64,000 bases of DNA from Candidatus Babelota bacterium (GCA_049325595.1 JBMOLF010000007.1:1-64000), one strand, 5' to 3'. Shown: positions 18,209 to 28,871, counted from the first letter of the stretch. Program-made: numbers and translations. The notes: generated from the letters alone by a model not told the origin.

Positions 18209-19867
18209 GTGATGAAATATCTAATATTTGTGCTTTGTTATTTTTCCCTGCATGCAATGGAGCATCCAATTGAACAATTCAAATTAATTCCTATTCCTAT
18301 TATAGCAGCACCTGTTGCGCCAACGCATGGTGGTTTATTAGTAGATGATCTGCGTCGTATAGAAAAATTAAATGAGATTGCTGCAGATAGAGGATTAGAA
18401 GCATTTAGAAGTTCCCTATCTAAGTACTTTAAACAAAAACAACAAGAAGATTGCTTTGAGGAACTAATTTTTTTGGTGTCGGCATTGTATGCTCAGCATA
18501 TGATAATGGGTAAAATAGAAGCATATAGTTATCTTAACATGGCTAAGTCGAGCTATTATCAGCATTTAAAAAATAACTCTCATGATTTACAGTTGCATCC
18601 TGATGGCCAAATTGCTGGAGCCATTTTTGATTGTGGTACAGTTTCGGCTATGGCATTTTGTATACAAAAAAAAGATTTATTCACGCGTTCTGAACAGGAA
18701 ATTATTAAAGAAATAGCCCCGCTATATTTAAGCTCAGACAAGCAACTTATTTCGATTGCTGAAGCTTTTAGGGCTTATATAAATAGTGAAAAATTAGTGC
18801 CGTTAATAGATTCTCTGTATCAAAACTATGATAAAGTTTCATTTGGTTTGGTTAAACTCTGTATAAAATGTTTTTTTAAACTTCCGTTCGTAACGTCATT
18901 AAAAGAATGGTATGAAATTCATGAAAAAAAATTAAAACAGAAAATGGCCCAGATTTCACAAAAAAGTATTTTTGATCCTATGATGCTCAAGCTTTCAAGC
19001 TTATCACAACAATATCTAGCATCGCAGCAGCAATATATTCGCTTGTATGAAAATCTTTATAAAACTATAAAACAATTAACTGATGTCCCTATTACCAATA
19101 CTATTGACCCTAAACAAGGCAGTGAATTGTTACCTTCTACGTTAAAAGAAATAAAACCGATTGCCAGTATTTTAAAAATAAGTGGCTATGATACTGAGCT
19201 CGAACGATTGATACATGAAAATCAATTGACATTAAAACAAATAAAAGATGTTATTCAAAAGCAAAAAAAGATAAAAATCTCTGATGATGGTTTTGTCACC
19301 GCTGGTGACGTTACTGATTCAATCGTTATGATCCATGACACTCGTAACAATGCAACTTTGCAATTGATAAAAAATCCACAAAATAAGCTCATTACTATAG
19401 CTTTGCCTCTTATATATGCAGCAAATGTAAAAGAGTGGCTGCAAAGCCCGCAAGAAGCTATAAAAAACCAAGGTTATAATAAAGTTGGCAGTAGAAAATA
19501 TGCATTGACACAACAAGGAGGATATGATCCCATTTTGCTTCATGCCTTTTCTATATTGGTAGATGATTATCTGCCAGAGTGTGCAACGCAAACAGAAACA
19601 GTAAGTAGAAAAAAACCATTACAAAAAGATATATTGCTAACCATTGCTGGATCGATAACTGATAAAAATAATAAAGAAATGACCGGTATTTTTACGTACT
19701 TAATAGATAGCAAAACAGGTGTTTGCTATCATCGCTTTTTTGAACCGCAACTGGGTACACAGCTTATCAAAAATTTTTATGAACAGGGCTATTTTGCGCC
19801 GTCGGCAGGAGGATATTATGATATTGCTTTTCCTTCATTATCCGAAACAGATAAAGGTCCCAAGTAA
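18209..19867 (+). CDS. Secreted hypothetical protein with conserved C-terminal LLHAF...CYHRFF domain
   Basis: Signal peptide LHA then ME; C-terminal domain shared with 19873..20487. Confidence 0.8.
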   Translation: MMKYLIFVLCYFSLHAMEHPIEQFKLIPIPIIAAPVAPTHGGLLVDDLRRIEKLNEIAADRGLEAFRSSLSKYFKQKQQEDCFEELIFLVSALYAQHMIMGKIEAYSYLNMAKSSYYQHLKNNSHDLQLHPDGQIAGAIFDCGTVSAMAFCIQKKDLFTRSEQEIIKEIAPLYLSSDKQLISIAEAFRAYINSEKLVPLIDSLYQNYDKVSFGLVKLCIKCFFKLPFVTSLKEWYEIHEKKLKQKMAQISQKSIFDPMMLKLSSLSQQYLASQQQYIRLYENLYKTIKQLTDVPITNTIDPKQGSELLPSTLKEIKPIASILKISGYDTELERLIHENQLTLKQIKDVIQKQKKIKISDDGFVTAGDVTDSIVMIHDTRNNATLQLIKNPQNKLITIALPLIYAANVKEWLQSPQEAIKNQGYNKVGSRKYALTQQGGYDPILLHAFSILVDDYLPECATQTETVSRKKPLQKDILLTIAGSITDKNNKEMTGIFTYLIDSKTGVCYHRFFEPQLGTQLIKNFYEQGYFAPSAGGYYDIAFPSLSETDKGPK

Positions 19868-19872
19868 GAATC

Positions 19873-20487
19873 ATGAAGTTCTCAAAGTTGCTAAAAATAG
19901 TAATGTTTATAGGCCTTGCGGTAGTTGTTGCAGTAGGTATTGATCGTCTAGTTCTATTGAGTTTGCGTATAGTGCAATCGCAACTTAATTCTCAGCAACG
20001 GAGTGATAATATATCACCTTCTTGTTCATTGTATGAAAATTTAACTTATGCGCGTATTTATGATGTTTATAACCAGGCGGAGCTTATTATATATAAACCG
20101 CGGGATGTTCACGGATATCCAGTTAAGCTGCCATTACGATATACTCATAATATTAAAACATGGTTTGACAATCCTAATCAAGCGTTGCAAGATCAAGGAT
20201 ATTTAATTCCAGGAACAAAAAAATATTTTCTTACAGCAGTAAAAGGTTATGATCCTATTTTGTTACATGCTTTTTCACGTGAAGTTGATCAATTTGTGCC
20301 ATGCTGGGGATATAAGTCCACTACGCTGAGTAGAAAGCATAAAGGGCAACAAGATCTAGTCTTGAGTATGTACGGTCATATCATAGATAGGCATCATAAA
20401 AAAATACGTGGGGCATTTACCTGTTTTTTTGATGCGCTAACTGGTATGTGTTACCATCGTTTTTTTCAACCACAATATTCTTACTAG
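19873..20487 (+). CDS. Membrane-anchored/secreted paralog carrying only the LLHAF...CYHRFF domain
   Basis: GYDPILLHAFS and TG.CYHRFF.PQ shared with upstream gene. Confidence 0.8.
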   Translation: MKFSKLLKIVMFIGLAVVVAVGIDRLVLLSLRIVQSQLNSQQRSDNISPSCSLYENLTYARIYDVYNQAELIIYKPRDVHGYPVKLPLRYTHNIKTWFDNPNQALQDQGYLIPGTKKYFLTAVKGYDPILLHAFSREVDQFVPCWGYKSTTLSRKHKGQQDLVLSMYGHIIDRHHKKIRGAFTCFFDALTGMCYHRFFQPQYSY

Positions 20488-20505
20488 TTAGCCAATAGCA
20501 GCAAT

Positions 20506-22221
20506 CTACTCAACAACTTCTTGTTCAAGAGTTGCTACTGCAAGCACTTCATCAATAGTAGTAAGCCCTTGCTTAATTTTGCGAATCCCATCATCAAGCA
20601 GGGTAGTCATACCATCGGCGATTGCTTGGCGCCTAATTTGAGCTGTATCTGCTCGCTGCATAATCAAGTTTGAAATTGCTGATGTAGTAAGCATAAGTTC
20701 AAAAATGGCAATTCGTCCTTTATAACCCGTTTGGTTGCATTCTTCGCATCCTACTGGTTTATAAAAGGTAATGGTTTGTGCATCGCGTTCAGTAAGGCCA
20801 ACACTCTTTAAAAGATCTTGATCTGGTTTATATGATACTTTGCATGTTGAGCATAATTTTCTTACCAAGCGTTGCGCCATTGAAAGAATAATTGATGAAG
20901 CAATTAAAAATGGTTCAATGCCCATATCAAGCAAACGGGTAATGGTAGCTGGAGCACTATTGGTGTGCAACGTGCTCAACACTAAGTGGCCAGTAAGTGC
21001 TGCCTGGATTGCAATTTGAGCGGTTTCTTGGTCACGCGTTTCCCCGATCATGATAATATCGGGATCTTGTCGCAATATGGAGCGAAGTGCAGAAGCAAAA
21101 TCTAATCCAATTTTTTCTTTTACGTGTACCTGACCAATTCCTGGCATTTGGTATTCGACCGGATCTTCAACGGTTATAATATTTACATCAGGTTGGTTAA
21201 GCTCGCCTAAAATAACATATAAAGTACTTGTTTTACCTGACCCTGTTGGACCCGTAATATAAATTATACCATTTGGCTTAGTTATGCTGTTCATAATGAC
21301 TTGTAGGTCACGATCGCTAAACCCAAGATCTTTTAATTTGCCAAAGGTTCGTGACTTATCCAATAAACGCATTACAATACGCTCGCCAAAAGCTACTGGT
21401 AGTATAGATACACGAATATCAATTGGTTTCCCTGCAACTCGAATATCAATACGGCCATCTTGCGGCACTCTTTTTTCGGCGATATTAAGATTTGCCATAA
21501 TTTTAATACGAGAAACTAAGGCCCCTTGAATACGTTTTGGTGGATTCATCACCGGATACAAGACTCCGTCAATACGATAGCGCACCACTAATTCTTTTTC
21601 ATATGGCTCGATGTGAATATCAGAGGCACCTCGTTTAACCGCTTGGTAAAAAATGTGGTTAACTAATTTGATAATAGGTGCTTCTGCTGCCATAGCAACG
21701 ATATCTTTTTCTTCAATGTCTCCAAAATCTACCGTTTCTTCTAATTCTTCTTGGGCACTTTCTTCAAGCTGAGCAATCATTTGCTTAGTTCCCTCAAGAG
21801 GATAGTAGCGATTGATAGCATCAACGATTATTTTTGGAGTAGCTACTGCATAGTGACGTTGCCCGCCAAGCAATAAATTAAGTTCATCAAGCGGCTGAAA
21901 GTTTAATGGATTGGCAGTTACTATGACTAAATTGCCATCTATAACTACGGGCATTACTGTATTGTCACGTAAAAATTTAATGGGAACACGGCCCAGTATT
22001 GTTAAATCTGCCATTTGCTCAGTAATTTTTTCTACATAAGGGATTCCAGAGTAAGTAGCGTATGCCTGAGCACATTGCTCGGGAGTAATGTATTTTTTTT
22101 CAAGAAGACAGATTTCTACCGATTTACCTTTTTGTTGCGATTCTGCTTGGCATTCTTGCAATTGGTTTTCTGTTATTGCGCCCATTTGTAGTAGCGTCTG
22201 CCCAATACTTTTTAGTACCAT
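20506..22221 (-). CDS. gspE: Type II secretion ATPase GspE (GspE/PilB family)
   Basis: ASDIHIEP, PQDGRI, GPTGSGKT, LRQDPDIIMIGE, CxxC pairs, GYKGR. Confidence 0.93.
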   Translation of the reverse strand: MVLKSIGQTLLQMGAITENQLQECQAESQQKGKSVEICLLEKKYITPEQCAQAYATYSGIPYVEKITEQMADLTILGRVPIKFLRDNTVMPVVIDGNLVIVTANPLNFQPLDELNLLLGGQRHYAVATPKIIVDAINRYYPLEGTKQMIAQLEESAQEELEETVDFGDIEEKDIVAMAAEAPIIKLVNHIFYQAVKRGASDIHIEPYEKELVVRYRIDGVLYPVMNPPKRIQGALVSRIKIMANLNIAEKRVPQDGRIDIRVAGKPIDIRVSILPVAFGERIVMRLLDKSRTFGKLKDLGFSDRDLQVIMNSITKPNGIIYITGPTGSGKTSTLYVILGELNQPDVNIITVEDPVEYQMPGIGQVHVKEKIGLDFASALRSILRQDPDIIMIGETRDQETAQIAIQAALTGHLVLSTLHTNSAPATITRLLDMGIEPFLIASSIILSMAQRLVRKLCSTCKVSYKPDQDLLKSVGLTERDAQTITFYKPVGCEECNQTGYKGRIAIFELMLTTSAISNLIMQRADTAQIRRQAIADGMTTLLDDGIRKIKQGLTTIDEVLAVATLEQEVVE

Positions 22222-22385
22222 GCCATGTCCTTACTCATGAAAACGTGTGTAACTGTTAGCACCATAGCAAACAGCTATTTGTGAGCCTAGAGTTTTGTTT
22301 GCGTGTCTTTTTATTTATAGTTATGATTGTAATAAAGATCGTCATCAAAGTCGATTAGCATCCATGCTACATGATAAGGGCTACT

Positions 22386-23399
22386 ATGTGTTTAGATAAA
22401 AAATTTCTTTTTATAGTTGCTTTGGCATTATTACCATCATGTATTGTCGTATGTGCACCACAAGGGGTCCATATTCCAACCGATGCCCGTACCGGTAAAA
22501 AAACAGTTCTCAAACGTGCTCGTAGTCAAGATATGGTTCAGATAGAAAAACAAAAGCCAACAACCTTTTGGGGGAAGCTCAAAGCAGGCGTTACAGATTT
22601 ATTTGTGGCAAATGAGTATATATCTGAAATAACTCTTGCAGAACTTAAAAAAAGCAAGGATGAAGCAATTGTATCAAAAGATAGAGAAACAGCGCTTCAT
22701 TTTATTGAAAAGCTATTGCCATTATGTGATGAACTTCATGATGTGCGAGAGTTAACCTTACAAAAAGCTGATTTATTATTTGAATTAGAACGGTATGCTA
22801 AGGCTGAACCGGTGTATCGCCAGTATATTGATTTGTATCCAGGAAGTGAAAATATAGGAAAAGTACGTCACAACTTGCTTATGAGTATGCGTAAGCAAAT
22901 GTTAAGTTGTGATAGAGATCAGACAAAAACAGAAGAAACATTAAAGTTAGCACAGGAGCATTCTATGCTGCCTGAATGCCAATCACATTCTGAAGAAATT
23001 CAAAAAATTATAACGGAATGCAATCTTTTGCTTGCTGAGCGGGAACTGTATATCGCAAATTTTTATATAGTGCAAAAAAAACCTGTTACTGCAAGTAGAC
23101 GACTAGCAACGGCGCGAAATGATTATTTAAATAAAATTTCTCAGATTGAACCGCATTTGCTTAATTATGAATCATTAGTTGCTGAACTTCAAAATGACGG
23201 TGCTACTATGGTAAAAAAAAGATATGAGTTGGTAACCAAATTTCCTGAGCATCAAGTTTCTATTACTTATCTAAAGCAAAAGCCTGTTCTTGAAACTCTT
23301 ATGCAGCAACTTGATGACACTATAAAGCCATCTGAAAAAATTGCTGATAATATTATCTTAGCGCAACTAAATGTACCCACTTTTACCGAACGTTTTTAA
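22386..23399 (+). CDS. bamD: Outer membrane assembly lipoprotein BamD-like
   Basis: Lipobox LPSC; TPR-like YIDLYPGS, DRDQTKT, LAERELYIANFY. Confidence 0.8.
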   Translation: MCLDKKFLFIVALALLPSCIVVCAPQGVHIPTDARTGKKTVLKRARSQDMVQIEKQKPTTFWGKLKAGVTDLFVANEYISEITLAELKKSKDEAIVSKDRETALHFIEKLLPLCDELHDVRELTLQKADLLFELERYAKAEPVYRQYIDLYPGSENIGKVRHNLLMSMRKQMLSCDRDQTKTEETLKLAQEHSMLPECQSHSEEIQKIITECNLLLAERELYIANFYIVQKKPVTASRRLATARNDYLNKISQIEPHLLNYESLVAELQNDGATMVKKRYELVTKFPEHQVSITYLKQKPVLETLMQQLDDTIKPSEKIADNIILAQLNVPTFTERF

Positions 23400-23402
23400 A
23401 AC

Positions 23403-23771
23403 ATGAATAGTCGTAAAATTGGTCAGCAAGCAGAGCAATTTGTTGCAGACTATTTGCAGCGTCAAGACAAAAACATTTTAGCTTATAATTATCAAAAAAT
23501 GTGTGGTGAAATAGATATTATTGCTACTGATAATGAAACGATTTATTTTGTTGAAGTTAAAGTGCGAAAAAATCCCGTATTCCCATTAGAAGAATTAGTG
23601 CCTGCTTATAAACAGCGCAAGATTATAAAAACAGCCCAGCATTATTTGGCTCTTTCAAATATTACAAACAAAGTATGCCAATTTGATGTTGCTTTGGTAG
23701 AATTAAGAGAAAACAATTATCACATAACCTACATACCAAATGCTTTTACGCCGACTGACTTGAGCGACTAA
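23403..23771 (+). CDS. yraN: YraN family protein (UPF0102)
   Basis: GQQAE, GEIDII, FVEVKVR, QFDV. Confidence 0.92.
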   Translation: MNSRKIGQQAEQFVADYLQRQDKNILAYNYQKMCGEIDIIATDNETIYFVEVKVRKNPVFPLEELVPAYKQRKIIKTAQHYLALSNITNKVCQFDVALVELRENNYHITYIPNAFTPTDLSD

Positions 23772-23788
23772 TAAAGATGGAGGGTACT

Positions 23789-24457
23789 ATGACAGGCACA
23801 ATGAAAACATTTATAAAGCGCGCAATAACTGGTTTTTTCTTAGGTCTTTTGTTTTGGCTTTCTTTTGTATATTTTCCTCCTTTTTATTTTTCATTTATTT
23901 TAGCAGGTATTCTAGCAACTATTATTATTTTTGAATGGAAAAATTTTTTTAGCGTACGGCGGTTAGCATTTTGGTTAACGATGCCTCTGTATCCTATTCT
24001 GCCTTTTGTAATTTTGATTGTTATGAATCAAAATTCAATATATCATTCCCTTCTTTTTATTTTATTTATTATCGTTTCCAGTTTTGATACCGGATCTTAT
24101 ATAGTAGGTACGTTTATTGGCAAGCACAAACTTGCGCCAACAATTAGCCCAAGCAAAACATGGGAAGGTGTAATAGGTGGCTATATATTTGCATGCATAG
24201 GTTTATTTTTAGTTCTTTGGGAGCTTAAAAAAATGCAACCCTTATCAGTGATTTTAATATTTACGTTATGCGTGTGTATTTTGTCACTGATTGGTGATTT
24301 ATTTGAATCCTGGCTTAAACGTTTGGCTCAAATAAAAGATTCAGGCAATTTATTGCCTGGGCATGGTGGTTTTCTCGATCGATTTGATGGTATTTTATTT
24401 GCCGTTATTTTCTTTTATATTTTCAGAGATTTTTTAGTAGAACTCTTTAAATTTTGA
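23789..24457 (+). CDS. cdsA: Phosphatidate cytidylyltransferase
   Basis: ISPSKTWEG, GDLFESWLKR, KDSGNLLPGHGGFLDRFD. Confidence 0.93.
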   Translation: MTGTMKTFIKRAITGFFLGLLFWLSFVYFPPFYFSFILAGILATIIIFEWKNFFSVRRLAFWLTMPLYPILPFVILIVMNQNSIYHSLLFILFIIVSSFDTGSYIVGTFIGKHKLAPTISPSKTWEGVIGGYIFACIGLFLVLWELKKMQPLSVILIFTLCVCILSLIGDLFESWLKRLAQIKDSGNLLPGHGGFLDRFDGILFAVIFFYIFRDFLVELFKF

Positions 24458-24590
24458 TCGTTTTAATAGCATAATAATGACAAAGTATATGTTGAAAAGG
24501 AGTTAATTGTTTAAGCTATTATCGTGCGTAATAATATTTGTTAATAATTCTTCAACTGATAACAATATATATCCTAGCAATTTATGTAAT

Positions 24591-24854
24591 CAAACTGGTA
24601 TACAACAAGATAAATTATTACTTCTCAGATCACTTGATGCACGTAAACGTGCCGTATTGCATCTTTTTAAAGCACAAGAAATAATAACTTCAAAAGATAT
24701 AGAGCAGTTTTTCAACATTAAACCGTGATCTGCACGATTGTTATGCCAACAATGGGTTCAAGAAAATTTTTTTGTTATTGATAATCCTGCCCGTAAAAAT
24801 AGAACCTATAAGCTTGCTCCACAAGTAAGCGATCTTTGGCAATTAATACCATAA
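24591..24854 (+). pseudogene. Remnant resembling the winged-HTH C-terminus of a Fic-family protein, with an in-frame TGA
   Basis: LLRSLDARKRAVLHLF..ITSKDI..FFNIKP*SARLLCQQWVQENFFVIDNPARKNRTYKL; frame stays open after TGA 24726-24728 until TAA 24852-24854. Confidence 0.55.
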
Positions 24855-24855
24855 T

Positions 24856-26115
24856 TTACTGCTGCAAGTATTTCACTGCTTGTGCTTGAGCTATACGTTC
24901 TTCGCTACCGGTGATCATATTTTTAATAGTAACTTCATTATTTTGTTGTTCATTTTCACCAAGAATAAGAACATATTTAGCTCCCAATTTATTTGCTTTG
25001 CGCATCATGCTTTTCATAGAGTCCGATTCTAAGAAAATATCGGTACATAGTCCATAAGCTTGAAGCTCATCAGCTAATAAGAGAGCCAATGGTTTTTGTG
25101 CTGCTTGCATTGGAATTATTACATGTAAAGGAGGCAGTTGTGGTAATGGTAATTGATCTTTGTATGGTTCAAGGAGTAAAAGTAAACGCTCCATACCGAT
25201 GGCTGCGCCAATAGAAGGTTGATCTTGTTTGCCGCCAACTTGACTTACTAACTGGTCATAACGGCCGCCACCACAAAAAGCACTTTGTGCGCCTAAATTG
25301 TGGCTTACAAATTCAAATACCGTTTTTTGATAGTAATCAAGTCCTCGCACTAAATAGGGCTGCACGACATACGATACTGAAAGGAGTTCTAAATCATTTT
25401 GCAAAGTAGTCCATTCGTGAGCGCATGTTTGGCACAAAGAATCAATAAGGCGAGGTGCATTTTGATAAATCAATTGGCATTGAGGTACTTTACAATCAAA
25501 AATACGCATTATATTTTTTTCTTTACGCTCTTGGCATAATTGGCAAGTGCCTTGCGCTTGAGAGCTATTTAAAAATGAAAGTAATTTTTCTTTATAGCGA
25601 GCGCGATCTTCGTGACATCCTAAGTAATTTATTAAAAGAGCATAGTTGTTTAAAAATAATTTTTCATGGAAAAAACGATCGAGCATTTTAATAAATTGCA
25701 CATCATTTTCTACGGCTTGCGCGCCAATGATTTCGACATTGATTTGGTGAAACTGTCTAAAGCGACCTTTTTGTGGGCGCTCGTAGCGAAACATCGGACC
25801 ATAGCTAAAAACTTTCCATGGTGTTTGTATAATATTGTTTTCAACAAATGCACGCACGGTTGAAGCCGTAGCTTCTGGTCGTAAGCAAATGGTACCATCA
25901 TGTTCTTGGTCTTTGCCTTTAATCAAAAACATTTCTTTGGAAACTACATCAGTTTGAGTTCCCAATGAACGTTGAAACAGTTCTGTTGGCTCTAAAATGG
26001 GAGTTTCAATTTGATTAAAGTGATAAGTAGTCAAATGAGTTTTAACTGTGTTAAGAATAAAATTAATAAGAGTTAAATCGAGTAAATCTTGGGTACCTTT
26101 AATACGTACAAACAT
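24856..26115 (-). CDS. hisS: Histidine--tRNA ligase
   Basis: LRPEATAS, FRYERPQKGRFRQFHQ, LVRGLDYY, GGGRYD. Confidence 0.97.
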   Translation of the reverse strand: MFVRIKGTQDLLDLTLINFILNTVKTHLTTYHFNQIETPILEPTELFQRSLGTQTDVVSKEMFLIKGKDQEHDGTICLRPEATASTVRAFVENNIIQTPWKVFSYGPMFRYERPQKGRFRQFHQINVEIIGAQAVENDVQFIKMLDRFFHEKLFLNNYALLINYLGCHEDRARYKEKLLSFLNSSQAQGTCQLCQERKEKNIMRIFDCKVPQCQLIYQNAPRLIDSLCQTCAHEWTTLQNDLELLSVSYVVQPYLVRGLDYYQKTVFEFVSHNLGAQSAFCGGGRYDQLVSQVGGKQDQPSIGAAIGMERLLLLLEPYKDQLPLPQLPPLHVIIPMQAAQKPLALLLADELQAYGLCTDIFLESDSMKSMMRKANKLGAKYVLILGENEQQNNEVTIKNMITGSEERIAQAQAVKYLQQ

Positions 26116-26246
26116 GTGTAGCCTTTGTAACAGATAATATTCTATTGATTAGCTCTGATTGAATGTTGACTCTCTCAAAGCGACTATGGTAGATACCATA
26201 ACAGGATTAACAGTATAATCATAATTTTTTCAAAAAAGGAGAAGGA

Positions 26247-27893
26247 ATGAAAAAGCTTTTGTCTGGCCTACTTATCTTAAGTATGGCTTCAGCGCTACAT
26301 GCGCGTCAAGTAAGAGACGAGTGTGATTGCAAAGCAACCAGTCATACTTTCTTTTCTGACGAGTGGGAACTTATCTTTGGTCCGACAGCTCCTTCTCGGG
26401 TAACACTATTCAGAGATCGTTTACATGCAAGTAACAGAGACTCTTGTAAAGGAAATGGTGCATTCCAAGCGGTGATATTTGGTGGAAAAATGACCAAGTC
26501 AGACCGAATGGCACGTTATTTCTTGCCCGATTGCAAAACCAAATTAATTGTTCGTGAGCAAGCATCTCCTGCGGTTCCTGATACCGATGTACTTGCAAAC
26601 TACCTTAACATTTATACCGTTAATGGAACTTTTTTAAGTGAAGTAACTTTTGAACCTCATCACAGTATCGTAGGTGCTGGTTTAGAATACCAACATGTAT
26701 TTTATGAGCGTGAAGACGGTAGAGCGTTATGGTGTGACATTAGATTACCTATCGTTAATGTAAAAAATGGCATTCGTATTTGTGAAAACATCATCGATAA
26801 TGGTGGTGGCGCTGGTGTTACTCCAGTAACCCCTCAATTAACCACTATGGGTGTTCGTTCTCATTCTTGCGGAGATGACTGCGATACATCATGTCATGCT
26901 CCATGCAATGTTGATCCAACCGTTGCATTAGCTCCAGTGGGCAGTGTTACTGAAGCGTTTGCACAACCGGGCTGGTGCTATGGTCGCATTGATGCATGCA
27001 GCAGTGCTAATAAAAAAACAAGAGCAGGGGATCTTCAGATAAGTGTTGGGTATGAAATTATTAAAACCGAACATTGCTTTTTTGAATCTTACATTGGTGG
27101 TGTAGCGCCAACTGGTAATAAAGTTAAAGGTCGCACCGTATTTGAGCCTGTAGTTGGTCATAACCATCACGCTGGTGTATTTACTGGTAGCTCTTTTGGT
27201 ATTGAAATTTGGAAACCACAATGTGATGTTGGTTGTTTATGGTTCTACCTTGACATGAGTTTCTTCTATTATGTTGAGCGTGTTGAAAGACGTTCTTTTG
27301 ACTTAAAAGGTAAGCCATGGAGCCGCTACATGCAGTTCTATGCAAATGCTGATCAAGCGCTCTTAGCTGCAAATGCCCCTGATTTTACTACAGGGCTTTT
27401 ATTACATACCCCGGGTATTAATATCCTTACTCAAGATCTTCGTGTAAAACCTGGGTTCTTACGTGACTTTAACATTGCATTAGCGTACGATCGTTGTGCA
27501 TGGCAGGGTGAAATAGGTTACAATTTCTATGCTCGTCAAGCTGAATGTGTAGAATTAGACTGTCCATTTATTGAAACGGCAGCAATTAAGCACCTTAATG
27601 GGTTTGGTCAAACCAGTGATCTAATTCAAATTAATAGTATTTTCCCAGGAAACGCAATTCCTGATACGGTTGATGAGTATGAAAACAATATTATTAGAAC
27701 AGAAGATCTCTGCTTAGAATCAGCTGCGCACCCTGCAGTAGTCTCTCACACCATTTACGGTTCACTTGGCCGTCGTTGGGATGATCGTGAGCGCCCATTG
27801 TTTGCAGGTATTGGCGGGCAGTATGAAATTGCACCAGATAACACAGCAATGAGTCGTTGGATGATCTGGGGTAAAGCAGGTATTTCATTCTAA
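26247..27893 (+). CDS. Cys-rich putative outer-membrane beta-barrel protein
   Basis: Signal peptide; amphipathic beta strands; C-terminal WMIWGKAGISF beta-signal; 19 Cys. Confidence 0.7.
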   Translation: MKKLLSGLLILSMASALHARQVRDECDCKATSHTFFSDEWELIFGPTAPSRVTLFRDRLHASNRDSCKGNGAFQAVIFGGKMTKSDRMARYFLPDCKTKLIVREQASPAVPDTDVLANYLNIYTVNGTFLSEVTFEPHHSIVGAGLEYQHVFYEREDGRALWCDIRLPIVNVKNGIRICENIIDNGGGAGVTPVTPQLTTMGVRSHSCGDDCDTSCHAPCNVDPTVALAPVGSVTEAFAQPGWCYGRIDACSSANKKTRAGDLQISVGYEIIKTEHCFFESYIGGVAPTGNKVKGRTVFEPVVGHNHHAGVFTGSSFGIEIWKPQCDVGCLWFYLDMSFFYYVERVERRSFDLKGKPWSRYMQFYANADQALLAANAPDFTTGLLLHTPGINILTQDLRVKPGFLRDFNIALAYDRCAWQGEIGYNFYARQAECVELDCPFIETAAIKHLNGFGQTSDLIQINSIFPGNAIPDTVDEYENNIIRTEDLCLESAAHPAVVSHTIYGSLGRRWDDRERPLFAGIGGQYEIAPDNTAMSRWMIWGKAGISF

Positions 27894-27910
27894 AGTATAA
27901 GGATTAAGTT

Positions 27911-28819
27911 ATGAAACATGCGTTAAGAAAATTATCACTTTTAGCGCTAATGGCATATGCAGTGCCATTAGCGGCTTTAGCTCCTGCTGATATTGCTCGA
28001 TTAGAGCAAGAAGTACGAGCAGCTATTGCAGATAGAGATTACCTACTTGCACAAGACCTTCTTGCGCGATTAGAGGGGGCAGGTGCACGAGCGACTGCTC
28101 AACCATTGAGAACGCAATTAGCGCAAGCTCTAGAAAAAAAAGCAATTGGTCAGATGGAACTTGAAAGACTATACAATAGATTGGCTGAACGAGAAATAAA
28201 ACCATTGCGTCGTTTGCGCCAAGAACTTGAAGGCCAGGTAAAACGGTTAAAAGAAGAAAATCAACGTATTGTTGCTGAGCATGACAAACTACAAAAACAA
28301 TTAAATGCTAACAATCAATATCTTAATGAAATTACACGCGATATCGATGAAATGCAAGCTGAGCGTGACTCTGCTATAAAAGCAAGAGATCAAGTGCAAA
28401 AACAGCTACAAGATATAACTAAAGAGCGCGATGAGTTGTTAGATGAATATGCAAATAGAATAGAGCAACTTGATAAAGCAAAAAAACAAATAGCAGATCT
28501 TCAAAGAGATCTTAAAAGAGCGCGCGAAGAAACGGGCGTACAACAACGAAAAGCTTCTAGCTTACAAGTGCAAATTAAAGAACTTGAAGATGAATTGCAA
28601 GAGATAAATAAGAGATCTGCTACTTGGGTAAATGAATTAACTCAGAATAAAAATGAAGTAGCTCGCTTACAAGATGTGGTCAATAGATTGAATAAACAAA
28701 CTGAAGTTGTTAGAAGTCGTTTAAGAGAAGCTCTTAACGATGCCCGTAGTCAAGCTAGCGACACACTTAAATACACAACTCTTAATGCTGCTATAGGCGG
28801 TATAGTAGATAATCTTTAA
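27911..28819 (+). CDS. Exported long coiled-coil protein
   Basis: Signal peptide; heptad-rich; N-terminal domain shared with 28988..30877. Confidence 0.8.
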   Translation: MKHALRKLSLLALMAYAVPLAALAPADIARLEQEVRAAIADRDYLLAQDLLARLEGAGARATAQPLRTQLAQALEKKAIGQMELERLYNRLAEREIKPLRRLRQELEGQVKRLKEENQRIVAEHDKLQKQLNANNQYLNEITRDIDEMQAERDSAIKARDQVQKQLQDITKERDELLDEYANRIEQLDKAKKQIADLQRDLKRAREETGVQQRKASSLQVQIKELEDELQEINKRSATWVNELTQNKNEVARLQDVVNRLNKQTEVVRSRLREALNDARSQASDTLKYTTLNAAIGGIVDNL

Positions 28820-28840
28820 TAACATATTGGTTTGCCCACT

Positions 28841-28871
28841 AGGAGCTAGTTTTTTACTAGCTCCTTTTTTT
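28841..28871 (+). terminator. Rho-independent terminator
   Basis: AGGAGCTAGT-TTTTT-ACTAGCTCCT followed by a T run. Confidence 0.85.

Noticed and set aside
24726..24728. In-frame TGA as sign of recoding or selenocysteine
   Set aside because: cdsA and secA end in TGA at their expected termini, so TGA is a stop; a nonsense mutation is simpler
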